A model generated the notes under the pieces. It was not told where the DNA came from. It did not search any database and saw only the letters and a program-made list of their open reading frames with translations. Shown one piece after another: positions 49,123 to 61,170 of a stretch of 64,000 nt of DNA. Each line of letters opens with the position of its first letter. The stretch's first letter is position 1. This DNA is from Moniliella sp. 'wahieum' (lineage: Eukaryota), in NCBI GenBank assembly GCA_003971905.1, contig RSEE01000029.1, forward strand, positions 124,001 through 188,000, written 5' to 3'. The position numbers and the translations under genes are program-made.

Positions 49123-52100
49123 CATGCTCCCCACGGGCCACACTGATACGCCTGTTGGCGACGCATCATTGGCATCGCAATCGACCGCATCATCGGCCCC
49201 CGTGAAGCGGCGCCCACGCTCCCGCAGCCTGGCTCGCCCCACCTCTTCTTCCGCCCGTCAGTCCATACGCAGCAGTGCAGTGCGTCCACCCAAAACCCTG
49301 GTGCCGCCGCTCCCCACCCGTCCTTCTTCCGTACCCACCGTCCACGCGCCAATACCCACCGCAGCACCGCCCACAGTGCTAGCGGTGTGGAGCATCCTTC
49401 GTCTTTTTCAACTGCCTACTTGCCCCCCTTCTCTCGCTCCCGCCATCCTGTCCCGGCTAGGGCTACAGAAACTACTTCCTCTTCCACTTTGTTCTCCTTT
49501 CTTCATGAAGATCCCACTCCTCCCGCCCGCCGACGCTTCCTGAGCGTGCACGCGATGTCGTGGCCCACAGCATGGCTCGCCGCTCCAGTACACCTTCCTC
49601 GCCTCTTGTTGCCCCCGCTACACTGTGCTGACACACCCAAGTCATCAGCTCATCAAACTCTACCTCCGAAGAGGCGCCGGCCCAATCGAAGCATGAGGCG
49701 CCTACCCAACCTTCTCCCACAGCCCACCACACTTTCCCCCGCTTTGGCATCATCGTATCTATCCCCCCCTTCCCCTCGGCCTCGCCCACGCTCCTCATCG
49801 GAAACGAGAGAGTGGCTCGAGCCTCGAAGGAGGGAAGAAGATTGCCACTCATTTTCCGACCTACATCCTACCGGCGGTCGGGCTAAGCGCGACTCGCTCT
49901 CGCTTCGATCGCTTGTCACCCCGGGCCAAATTTCTCACTTTGCCACTTCTTGGCCGTCCCTTCCCGTCTTCGACTCTTTGGCCGTGCACACAGGAAGGCT
50001 CGGATGTGAGGCAGACTCTGTCATGGAAGGCGTGGATCCTTCCCACAACCTCTCCCAGCTGCGATGGCATTCGAGGATGAGCTATCCAAGCACAGAACCA
50101 AAGTTCTCTCCCTACCGGCGGATCTTACTATTTCATCAACACCTCGCTGTAACGAGTGCGTCTCAGCCTGATTTCACTGCCATGCAGTCAGGGTCCAAGG
50201 GGGCGAAATCGTCGTCACACCGGCCTAGGTCGTTCTCTTAGAGATGGGGACAGCCCAGGGCAAAATGGCTTGCCGGGGTTCAATTTGCGTCAGGGATCAA
50301 AGCGACACTCACCACCTGCTGTCACAGGCATCAATGGCACCGGGGGGGCAGCGCAGATATCACCCGACCGTCGACCAATCTCGTCCACAGATCATGCACA
50401 GGACAAAGTGCCTTTCCCCTCAACAACTTCTCCAGCTGTACCATCAAAAGCAGTGCCCAATCTTCTCAGCGGACCCCACTCTCCCCTCTCCTCTCGTAGA
50501 GCTATCAAAAAGTCCATCACGTCCACGCGAGAACGGAACAAACGGGGTAAGATGCAACCCAGGTCGCGGTCATGGGCCGACGTAAGCCTCAAGATCGGAG
50601 ATTCGCCTGACCTAGTACCCTGTACCTCCCTGCCGTCCGGTATGGGTGGAAACCCATTAGCATCGCCCCTTACTTTGGCCGCGGACGAGGGACCCGCCCC
50701 GTCCCCACTTCCACCCATCATGCCATTATCACCCAACACCCAGGCCACCGCTCCCATAACCCCATCTTGGTCGGCGGATGGGCTGGTGGAGGCCCTGACT
50801 CGGAACTTGGGGCCGTCGTACGACGCCTTGGACCCTACTTCTCCCCCTCCCGAGCTGTGGACAGGGTTGGAAGCTACGCGGGCCGGCCTGGTGTTGGCGT
50901 TACGTTCCCAGCAAGACCGTGTGGCGAAACTCGAATCGCTTCTCTGGCGCAGTCTGGCTCAGTTTGACCTTTTGGCGGGAGATGGGAGGACGGACGGGGT
51001 GATGGACTTGGCTTCCGATGTGCGATCGGCGTTGTCTGTTCTCCCATTGCAATTCCCCGCCACGGTTGGAAAGCTTTTGGCTCAAGTGCGGGATCAAATT
51101 GAGCTTGATGCAGCTCTTTTGCCCCCCGGCTCAAGGCTGAAACCCGATGGGCAAGATGAGCACCGTAGCAACCGCTCTCCAAGGAAAGGGAAGGACAGGG
51201 TGATGAGCCTCTGGAGTCTCGCGGGGATCATGGAACGAGACACGTCTCTATGAACGGCACTGCGGGCGGGGACAGGGCGAATCTGTGGGATCGCTGACAT
51301 ACCCCAACAGTCTTGCCTCCTCTGCCGTTGCTCGTACTGCTGTTCTTCCATTTCTACACCTCCGGGCACGTCTACCTTTCCTTCCTGTGCTCTCACCCCT
51401 CTGTTGCCATCAGCACGCACCATGCCCATCGTCCCTAGCGCGCTGCCTGGTCACAGAAAGTCGGTCATTTCGGCTCGAGCCTCAACTCCAGTCTCTCTTT
51501 GGGATGTTGCGGTGGGGAGAATGGAGCAAACACCAAGGTGCCCTTGTCTCCTATGCTAGCTTCGGCCCTAGCCTTCCCAAACTGGCGAGGCAAGGGCCAG
51601 AGATCTCATCGACTCAAATCGCTCTGCCCCTTGCTTCGGCGGGAAAAAGTACTGCAGTGAAGGAGCCGCTGAAGCACCGTTGCCCGATGGCTTTTCCTTC
51701 CTCTCCTCCGTACCTGTCTCTTCTTCGGGATTGAACATTGCTCAGCCCATTGCGATCTCTCCCCTCCCTCCTCCTCCACCGACCCCAAGCACGATCGACG
51801 GTTCACTCCACACAGCCACTTCCCACAACAACGTATCTCGTCTCCGCCCGCCTGCACCTCACTCTCCCGCCACACTACACTTTCCATGACCCCCCTCGCT
51901 CGGCGCGAGAGCTCTGGCTCGCCAACGGCCTCCCCTCTCTCCGCCACACCTATCTCTCCCAAGCCCGTACGCAGTGCGAGCAGCTTCGCTTCGTCCTCCT
52001 CGTTCGATCCAGGCGCTGGCACCCTGCCGGTCGCCACCACCGGTCTTGTTGTCCCGGCTCCGCCTGGTTCGTGGGACCAGTTGGGTGTAGCTAGCAAGGC

Positions 52101-52167
52101 ACGCCAGGTTATCTCCGAACGCGATGCAGCCTTGTTTGCCAAGTTTGCTCAGACGGCCCTACGATGA
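49123..52167 (+). CDS. Hypothetical Ser/Pro-rich protein with central helical/coiled-coil segment
   Basis: Chain of long overlapping plus-strand ORFs (48887-49543, 49387-50241, 50156-51253, 51886-52167); helical block LEATRAGLVLALRSQQDRVAKLESLLWRSL; no family recognised. Confidence 0.55.
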
Positions 52168-52598
52168 CCCCCCAACACGATCTTTTATGTGCCTACGAAC
52201 CCACCCAAACAAACACTCCTTTATCCTTTATGCTGCTCTGCTTTCGGAAAGAATTTGCGCAGGATCTCTTCTCCCCTTCCCTTCCTTCCTTTCCCGTACC
52301 CCGGATCTCTCTCCTGTGACTTTTTGTGACTTTTGGCTAGTCGTACTTGCATGATAATATGGGAGGCGAACCGTTATTGGAGCTTGACTAACGGTCGGTT
52401 TCTTCCCTCCCTCCCCTCCCCCCCTTCACCTCTGCTGCTTCTCTATTAGTTTGATCTCCCACCCACATATACTGTTTGCATCTCATCGGCTAGGCACCCT
52501 GGCCGATGGATAGTGTTGTAGCGCATCCCAACCAATATGGGGTTCTTGCGATGGCCTCGGCAACGTCTAACATCACCCAAAGTGAGCATGCAGTTTGA

Positions 52599-52818
52599 TG
52601 AGACCTGGAGTCCTGATGGTCCTCGAGGGTAATGCAAACGCATGGTGGTGGTCTAAGCCAACCAGCAACACCTACAGAGGAACAACAAGCAGCGAGACGT
52701 CACCAGGGGCTAAGCTGCAGAAGGGAAAAACAAGAGAGAGAAAACAACGGAACTCCCATTCTTGAGGAGCAACTGAAAGGACATTGGCCAAAGCACGAGC
52801 CACCCGATGGCTCAACAC
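52599..52818 (+). repeat. Dispersed ~220-bp repeat, copy 2
   Basis: Similar by eye to the reverse complement of 27715-27941. Confidence 0.9.
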
Positions 52819-54619
52819 AGTTCCCCCATTCCCGACGCGGAGAGACCGGGGGAGAACGTGGAGGACGTGGAGGATGCGGAGAACGAGTGGAGCGACAATG
52901 CTCGAAGCGATCTCGAAGCGATCGTTGGTGAGATCAACACTCGGGTCGCTTGGCCTAGTCGTGATAGAACGAACGTTCTGTTGAACAACAAACGTTGAAC
53001 TTGGAAGGCAACCTAACGAATGGTGCTTGCCACCGGTTCTTCGTGCCATGCCCACAGGACACGTGACACTGCCACGCTGGCAAGGGTGACGTCGATGCAT
53101 GATGCATGATGCCGGAGCGATTGGACATTGAACGTGTTGAACGTTGCGCTGAATATTGAATGGGGGATTTGACACGTGTTGGAGCGGGAGGAGATGTGGG
53201 AGGGGACGCGTGATGTGTGACGTGACATGTGCAGGTGGCGTGGCACCCACTGTCGCCGCACCTCGCCAGCCCAGCTAATCGCCGGCCTCACTGGCACCGT
53301 CCATTCAATCAGCCTAATGGATCAGCCTGATCGGTCAGCATTTGATTGCTCCGGGCCTCGGCGCTCCGCAGGCCTCCGCCGGCAAAATTCCGCGGCGGTC
53401 GGTCTCACATGCATCTGGCACCCCCAGGTCTCTCGGTCCAACGCCTTGGCCCTAGGCCTGTCTGGCCCTGGGCGTTCCTACGCCCCAGATTCCAGGATAG
53501 GTTAATGATGATCGATGATCGATGATCGCTGAGCGCTGACGGACCTCCGGAGCTTTGCTTTACGGCTCCGTGGCGCCGGAGGACCGGAGTTACCAGCAGT
53601 TGTACTACTACGACGGTTGCCTGCCCAAGGGCCGTCTTCTCCGCCCGCAGCCGGAGTCGGATGGGGGAGGTGAGCATCCCATTCTGCCTTCCCGCATCTG
53701 TCGATGGCAAGAGCGAGAGTCGAGGTCGGTGTAGTCCTATCATGCATCATGCATCACGATTCAATCTCCATCGATCATCTCGATCCTCGATCTTTTTCAA
53801 ACCTTTTCATGCTCACTATAATAGCTTCAAGCATGACATGCATGACATGCGCAGCTTGCCCCCACAGACTCCAGAGCACAGGCCAAGCAGGATGTACGTT
53901 GCTGGTCAGCGGTCGATGGTCAGCCACCGAGTGTGTGAGGTTGAGAGCGTGTTGCGCGAGCGCTGAGCGGGGACGGGCAGCTGGGCGGCTGCTTGTCTCC
54001 GCAGCTGCGCTTCGTCAGCGAGCCAGCGCAGGCCGGCGCTGTAGGCTGCCTCGCCGGGGGGGCGCAGTCTCGGCCCGCCAATAGGGGCCGTCGCCCCTGG
54101 TCGACTGATCAGGCACTGAGGTACGAGGCCTGCGTCTAGTTGGCGTACCGCGTACGGCCTCACATTTCAAAGTTTAACCCCTCGCAGCGCCTGCGTCTGC
54201 CTGGCTCTGCCTCCGCGGCATTCGATGCCTCACGCAACACACACAACCCATCGCCGGGGACGCCCCACGCACGACGCCAGCCGCCAGCCGCCCGCCCGTC
54301 ACACGTCACATCCCAGCATCCCAGACCCCGTGCAGAGAGTGCCCATGGGGCGCACGCCCTTCTTAATAACACACCCTGCCCTTCCCGCCCGCGCTCCTTG
54401 CGGCAACCGCTCACCGCCACTCTGGCCCCGGCCCCACCGCACCAGTGCGGACCAACACTGACCAGGTGCGGGCTGGTGGTCCCGGCTTTTAGTATCCATA
54501 AATGCGGCCTCGCTCTCGCCATCCTGTTGTTTGCTGCTCAGCTCGGTCCGATAGATACCAGCACCAGCTAGCTCCTTTCGTTCTCGCCACCACCTTCCTC
54601 CCTCCCCACCTCTCCTGCC

Positions 54620-55988
54620 ATGTCCAGCGTTCTGCGTGCCTTTAAGAACCTCAGTTACGGCGGCACGGAGGTGCTTGTCCGTGAGGCGACAGCCAACAAC
54701 AAGCGTGATGCGCCCGTCGAGATTCTTGCCGAGCTTGCTCGGCTCACCTACACCCGCAGCGACTTTGTCGAGCTCATGCCCATGCTCGATCGTCGTCTGA
54801 ATGACCGCACCCGCCAGTGGCGGCACGTTTACAAGTCTTTGCCTGGTTCACTATCTCCTTCTCGCCGGCTCGCCTGCGGCGATCGAGTATTTCCGCACCA
54901 ACCTGTACCTGATCAAGACGCTGCGCGAGTTCCAATACATCGACAGTGCCGGCGTTGATCAGGGCGAATTGGGTACGTTGCAGATGACACTATTCAGGTG
55001 AACCTTCACATATGCGGTGGGATATTGACCCTCAGCATGGCACTTACTCCTTTTACTGTACAGTGCGGGAAAAGGCGCGCGAGATCACATTGTTGCTCCA
55101 AAGCGAGGATAAGCTGCGCCAAGCGCGGGCTCGGTTTAACGGTCAGCGTCCCCGCCGGCCCTCTGCCTCCTCCATGGATGAATCTATCCGCCCCATCGCC
55201 TCCCCGATCGATCGCCAAGCCGATGCTGCGGCTGCCCGGCGCCGTAGCGAGGCGGAGGCTGCGGAACGTAGTCGTCGCCAAGAGGAAGCTGCTCTGGCGC
55301 GTGCTCTCGAGGTGAGCCGTCAGTCCGCTGAAGCCGAGGCTCAAGCCTTGGCTCTCCGTCGTGCTCAAGCTGAGGCAGAGCAGCAGCGTCAAGCGGAAGA
55401 AGACGCTCGCGCCCAGGCCGAGAAGCAAGCGCAGGATGCGCTGCAAGCTCAGCAGCTCGAGATGGCTCGCTGGCAGTTGGGCCAGAACCAGATGAACAAC
55501 ATGTACGGCATGATGTATCCTCAGTACACGGGGATGTACGTTCAGCCTCAAATGACGGCCGCTTACGTGTCCGCGCCGATGCTTACGGGCTGGACTGCGC
55601 CGATGTCACCGAACGGCATGTCATCCGTTGCCTCTGACTCGTTTGTGGCGGGGTCCAACAACCCCTTTGCTCCCACCACGCACACTGCACCGGCGGAGGA
55701 GTCGCTTCCTGCTCCCTCGCGCACACCTTCTCTTACACTCACTCGGGATGCCCCCTCGCGCTCGCAATCGAGCGGCGAGATGCGCCCCGCCACTCCGCCT
55801 AATGGCATGCTCTCTCAGCAGACACGCACTGCTAAGCCCCCACGGCTTACATGAATCAACTCGATACTCTCTTGGCTCAGGGAGATGGCATTGACACGTT
55901 TGGTAACGCTGGCAATCAGCGTTTGGGCCACTTTGCCTATAACCGGGCTGAACTCTTTACCCAGCCCTCTGCCTCTCCCTTTGCCTAG
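54620..55988 (+). CDS. Epsin (ENTH domain, UIM, NPF motif)
   Basis: VREATANN...MLDRRLND...WRHVYKSL...NLYLIKTLREFQYID..GVDQG|VREKAREITLLL; UIM-like EEAALARALEVSR; NNPF; GIDTFGNAGNQR; intron ~54973-55063. Confidence 0.92.
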
Positions 55989-57190
55989 ACTCCTCGGCAC
56001 TTTGACAATCCCTCCGTTTCGTTTCCTGTGGACATCTTTATTCTCCTATACGTTTTCGCGTTCCCCCCTGACCCAGGTAACCCTTGGCTTGATTGCTCTC
56101 ACTTTGATCCCCCGTCCGACCGCAAATGGCCCTGCCGTCCGACCGACGGCCCCGCTCTTTTTTTCTCGTTGCGTTCTCGTCGACGTGTTTCCCCTCTGTC
56201 CTCGTTGGGCGGGCTCTGTAGCAACACTTTTGTTCTGAATGTCATCGCTGATGAATATGAATCCTTATTCGTGCTGCCCATGACAAAGCGTATCTCTTCC
56301 CTCGGTAGGATGGCAGAAATCGAGACAAAGAGCTTCCTTACCGATGTTCCAGCGAGGATACACTCTCTGATACACTCTCTGATACAGTCCTGATCCTTTA
56401 TTATACCTGCGCATGGACCGCACCGTTCCGTCGTCTGGCGCCGCGTCCTGAATCCTGAGTATGGATGGATGAGTGGAGTGGTCCCATTATGCATTCTCGA
56501 CCAGCACAGCAGGGGCACACAGGTGATTTGCTCATCAACGTCAGGCGCAGGCGGAGCCGATGCGGGCCGCGGCTAGAAGGCCGAGCGGTGGCCGGGGGTA
56601 GACGTGTAGACTGTGATAGTTCGGATGGCCCATGGATGGTAGAAGCGCAGGCGCCTACTGGTCGAGACAATCGGCTGCTGCTCCTTGCGCAACTTCCTAG
56701 TGGGGTAAGCGCCCGGTAAGCGCTCGAGCGCTTCCCGCTTCCCGCTTACCGGTTACCGCTTCTCCGTCTCCTTCTCTGTGCCATCCATTGCTCGTCCCGG
56801 TACCACACATTGTGATGCGGACATGTGGAACGCGCGCACATCACATAGCACATGTCACATGTCACAGGCCAGCATCACACGGGGCAATTTCAAAGTTCAA
56901 TGTTCAATCGACAGGCGGCGGCTGGTGCCGATCGTTGGCCGGGGCTGCCTCTCGCCGGCACAACGCACAGGCCATCCCCTTCGTTCTTCTCGCAGTGCTT
57001 GCATTGGCTCCCCGCATGACGCACGTCCTGCACGTCATGGTTGGTGCATGGTGCCTGTTTGCTGCCGCATCCGATCTCCACTTTTTCCAGTCTGGCACAT
57101 GCGGCTTCAGCTGAAGCCTCAGCCCTCCCAGCTGCAGTGTCCTCCTTCCACCCAGCATAGCGCAGCAGCTCTGGTGATGGCCATTCCTCG

Positions 57191-57197
57191 TATAAAA
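57191..57197 (+). promoter_or_regulatory. Putative TATA box of the aldehyde dehydrogenase gene
   Basis: TATAAAA about 60 nt upstream of ATG 57253. Confidence 0.5.
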
Positions 57198-57252
57198 CCC
57201 CTCCCCCGTGTGTAACCTCCCCCCCCCCCCCTCCCGCTCTGCACTTGGCACC

Positions 57253-59058
57253 ATGCGTCCCGTCCTCCAGCACCCTCCACTGCGCGCTCCTGCCCGCCTT
57301 ACCAACTGCCGTGCCGCGCGCTCGCTGGTGCGGCCAGGTGTCGGCTCTCGCTTGCCCCCCCTGCCGCCAACGCCCGCACCCTCCACCAGCTCGTCGCTTC
57401 CGCCCGTACCAAGGTAACCCCGGTCGTTGTGCCGGCCCTGGCAAAGCGCGCATACTCTTTTCAGGAGCATGTCCCACAAGTCCACCTCGAGTTCCCCAAC
57501 GGCACGCAGTCGACCTTCAACGGGGGTCTTTATATCGAGTACGTACTGCATTCCGCCATACCCTCGTTGCGGTTGTGGCTGGCTGCTGATAAACCGATTC
57601 TCCTCGTTTCTCAGTGGCGAATGGGTGCCGTCGATGACGGGGGAGACGCTTAGCGTCTTTAACCCCGCCACCGCAGAGAAGGTGGCGGAAATCTCCCAGG
57701 GCGATGCTCACGACATTGATCTCGCCGTCAAGGCGGCCCGCCGGGCGTTCAAGACGACGTGGGGGGTGCACACGACTGGGCCCGAGCGCGGCGTGCTACT
57801 CAACAAACTGGCTCGTCTTATCGAGCAGAACTACGATGAGTTGCGGCAATCGAGGCGTTAGATAATGGCAAGCCGTACGAGATTGCCAAGTCGTTTGATG
57901 TGGCCCAGTTGTTGGGTGCGATCCGCTACTTTGCCGGCTGGGCCGACAAACACTCGGGCCAGGTTTTGACGGGGGAAAACCCGCACTTGTTCCAATACAC
58001 TCGTCTGGAGCCCATCGGAGTTTGCGGTGCGATTGTGCCGTGGAATTACCCGTTGATGTTGACCGCGTGGAAGTTGGGCCCGGCCCTTGCGACGGGCAAC
58101 ACGCTGGTCCTCAAATCGGCCGAGAACACGCCTCTGTCGGCACTCAGACTGTTTGAGCTGATTGACGAGGCGGGTTTCCCCAAGGGTGTAGTCAACCTCG
58201 TCACTGGTCTTGGCACTGGGGCAGGAAATGCCATGGCGGAGCATCCTGACATTGACAAGATTTCCTTTACGGGTTCTACGCGCGTTGGGCGTGTAGTGAT
58301 GAAGGCGGCGGCCAACACCAACCTGAAAAAGGTCACTCTCGAACTGGTGGCAAGTCGCCCTCGGTTGTTCTGGACGACGCTGATCTGGAGCAGGCCGTTT
58401 GGTGTACGATGGGTGTCAACTTCAACATGGGCCAGACCTGCTGTGCTGGCACGCGCATTTACGTCCACGAGAAGATCTACGAACCGTTCCTGGCTGCGCT
58501 CAAGGTCAAGTTTGATTCGCTCAAGGTGGGCGACCCGTTTGAGAAAGACACCTACCTCGGCCCACATCAGCAGGGCGCAATACGAGTCCATTCTCCGCTA
58601 CATTGAGATTGGCAAGACGGAAGGAACGCTGGTCACGGGGGCAAGCCGGTGTCAGAGGAACGATATTTGGGCAAGGGCAAGCCCGTGGCTGGTTCATTGA
58701 GCCCACCATCTTTACCGACTGTGCTGAAGATTCGGTGATTAGCCGCGAAGAGATCTTTGGCCCGGTGGTGGTGGTACACACGTTCAAAGACCACAACGAG
58801 TTGCTGCGCAAGGCCAACGACTCGATGTACGGTCTGGCTGCCGGCGTCTTTTCTCGCGACATTTCCAAGGCGCTCAGGACGGCTCACTCTCTCCAGGCGG
58901 GCTCGGTATGGGTCAACACGTACAATGCGCTTTCGGCCCAAGTGCCCTTTGGCGATACAAGGCTTCGGGCATTGGCCGTGAGAACGCGAGCTACGCACTG
59001 GAGAACTATGTTCAGGTCAAGGCTGTGTCAGTCAACATTGACGCGCCCAACCCTCTAA
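57253..59058 (+). CDS. NAD(P)-dependent aldehyde dehydrogenase (ALDH1/2-type)
   Basis: EPIGVCGAIVPWNYP, WKLGPALATGNTLVLKSAENTP, FTGSTRVG, KVTLEL, FNMGQTCCAG, EEIFGPV, ANDSMYGLAAGVF; introns 57414-57464 and ~57539-57614. Confidence 0.95.
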
Positions 59059-59393
59059 GTGCCGAGTTGATGGATGCCCCCCCATGTTGGACAGGTAAAC
59101 AAACTACTGGGTTGCCTTTCCACACCTAGTAGCAAGTTACTCACCATTAAGTTGTTAATCGAGTCTCTGTCGTGTTGAACTGTATTTGGACTCCCGTTTT
59201 ACCTCTAGGTCCGTAGGACAAGCGAATGCAAGGTAGTAGTAATAAGTGGAGCAGCAACAGTCTGTGTCATCGAAAGATTGACGGTGTAGAGGGCTGGAAA
59301 GGGACCAAGCGAAGACAATGGGTGTGTCCGTGTAAGAAGAAAACATCCGCGGTAACGAACTTTAGCGAGAACATCACCGCAGGTTTGTGGAGA

Positions 59394-60025
59394 TCAAAAT
59401 CCTCCTCCTCCACTGTCACCTCCTCCTCCTCCTCCCCTCCACTGTCGCCACCGCCTCCGCTGCTGTAGCCGCCTCCGCCCCCACTGTCGCCACCTCCTCC
59501 GCTGCTGCCACCTCCGCCCCCGCTGTGGCCGCCTCCGCCACCACTGTAGCCACCCCACTGTGGCCACCCCCACTGTAGCCAACACCTCCACTGTAGCCAC
59601 CACCTCCACTGTAGCCACCATCCACTGTAGCCACCACCTCCACTGTAGCTTCCTCCTCCACTGTAGCCGCCACTTCCACTGTAGCCACCTCCGCCCCCGC
59701 TGTAGTCGCCTCCCCCTGAATCAGTGCTGCCAGTCTGGGCTGGGAAGAAGACGGGTCGTCATGATGGTGGTGGGGTGTGTCTGGTCGGGTGAGGGGCCTG
59801 GATCGGAAAACACCAGAGGAGCCACAACCGCTGCATTGGACGAAGAAACCCCTGGGCTGCTGATGCCGCCGCCGCCGCCGCCGCCGGAGATTTTGTTCGA
59901 GGCTTTTTGCGTTCGTCGCGCTGAGAGAGACATGAGAGTCAGCATGAACAAAGACAAGTAGGGGGGGGGAAGAAGGGCGAACGTACCTTCCAGAACTGAA
60001 GCTTGGAAACAAATGTGCCGGTCAT
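59394..60025 (-). CDS. Small Gly/Tyr/Ser-rich protein
   Basis: Exon MTGTFVSKLQFWK, intron GTACGT..CTGAC..CAG (~59921-59985), then GGGGYS-type repeats ending GGGGDSGGGGF*; reading frame broken by indels. Confidence 0.55.
59400..59715. repeat. Tandem repeat, ~18-bp degenerate unit (CCACTGTAGCCACCACCT-like)
   Basis: CCACTGTAGCC recurs at ~18-bp spacing; encodes GGGGYS on the minus strand. Confidence 0.9.
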
Positions 60026-60966
60026 ATTGTGTTGTTGATGGAGGAGGAACAAGAGAGCATACTATGGGCCATTTATGTTGGCTTTTATATGACGCCCGTG
60101 CCCTCAACGGGGCTATGATGTATGGTGACGGAAACGGACCAACACGATAGAGGACTGAACACCTCAGTGCGTCGGGTACGTTGTGCGTCGGTACCTCAGA
60201 TCTCAACCGATGTAGAACTCACGAGAACGTGCCTGAACAGAACCGACTGATCGTCAGTGTCGCCGACGTGCGCCACTGTGGTAGGGCGCAGTTGTTGGAC
60301 ACAGGCCCCAGGCATAGTTTACTGCTACGCTTCAAAAGCTTCTATGGCAAGCTGTTCAAATAGGACTGCGGAGATCTACGCTGCGTTGCGGGAGTCATAG
60401 GCATAGGCTGCATAGGCCCTCTGGGTCTTGGCGTGCTTTGTCTCGGAACAGCGGTTTGCGGCGATACTCCGCAGCACAAGGTATGGCACAAGGTGTAAGT
60501 GTATGGCGGTCGACTGTCGATGGTCGAGATGGTCGATGGGGGCCTAGAACGATTGCTCGCGCTCTCGACTCAGTCGTGCGATGGATAAATTACAGCACAT
60601 TCTCACGAGGTGCTACATATGATGCGCATAGTGTGCAAGAGAAGATGTTTGCCCCACTGTGCTTCTGTACCATCGTATATCAATTGCCTTAATAACTACC
60701 TGCCGGTACCTGTCTGCTGTTGTGGCTTTACGCTTTCACGTATCGCGGCACCACGTCTCGATTGAGTTAAAACGCACCCACACGCCACCAAAACATATCG
60801 ATTGATCGCTGCGCCAGCGTTATGCGCATGCGTCATCATAATTCGCGCCATCGATATCAATATTTCATCGATTACCAGCTGCGCCAGGTTGCACCAACAC
60901 CAACGGGATACCAGCGACAGGGGGTGTCGTTGAATGGTTGATGTTAAGCCTTAACGCTAAGCGCCT

Positions 60967-61170
60967 TGAGACCTGAGGACCTGATGGTCCTCGAGGGTGA
61001 TGCAATCACACTGGCGGTGGTGGTGTTCCGTCCAGCCACGCCAACAGAGGAACACCAAGCAGCCGCAGTCGCCACCACAGGCGCTAGACTGCGGAACAAA
61101 AGGAAAACGGACAGACAAGAAAACAGCGGAACTCCTAGGCCTGCCAACTGTGGAAGAGGGACTGAAGCTT
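60967..61170 (+). repeat. Dispersed repeat, copy 3 (more diverged)
   Basis: TGAGACCTGAGGACCTGATGGTCCTCGAGGGTGATGCAATC...ACAGAGGAACACCAAGCAGC...GAAAACAGCGGAACTCC matches copies 1 and 2. Confidence 0.85.

Noticed and set aside
56347..56388. Short tandem repeat GATACACTCTCT
   Set aside because: About 2.5 copies in a 3' intergenic region; ordinary slippage.
59400..59715. Regularly spaced repeats suggesting a CRISPR array
   Set aside because: Contiguous degenerate 18-bp units without unique spacers, coding for Gly-rich protein in a eukaryotic context with no cas genes.
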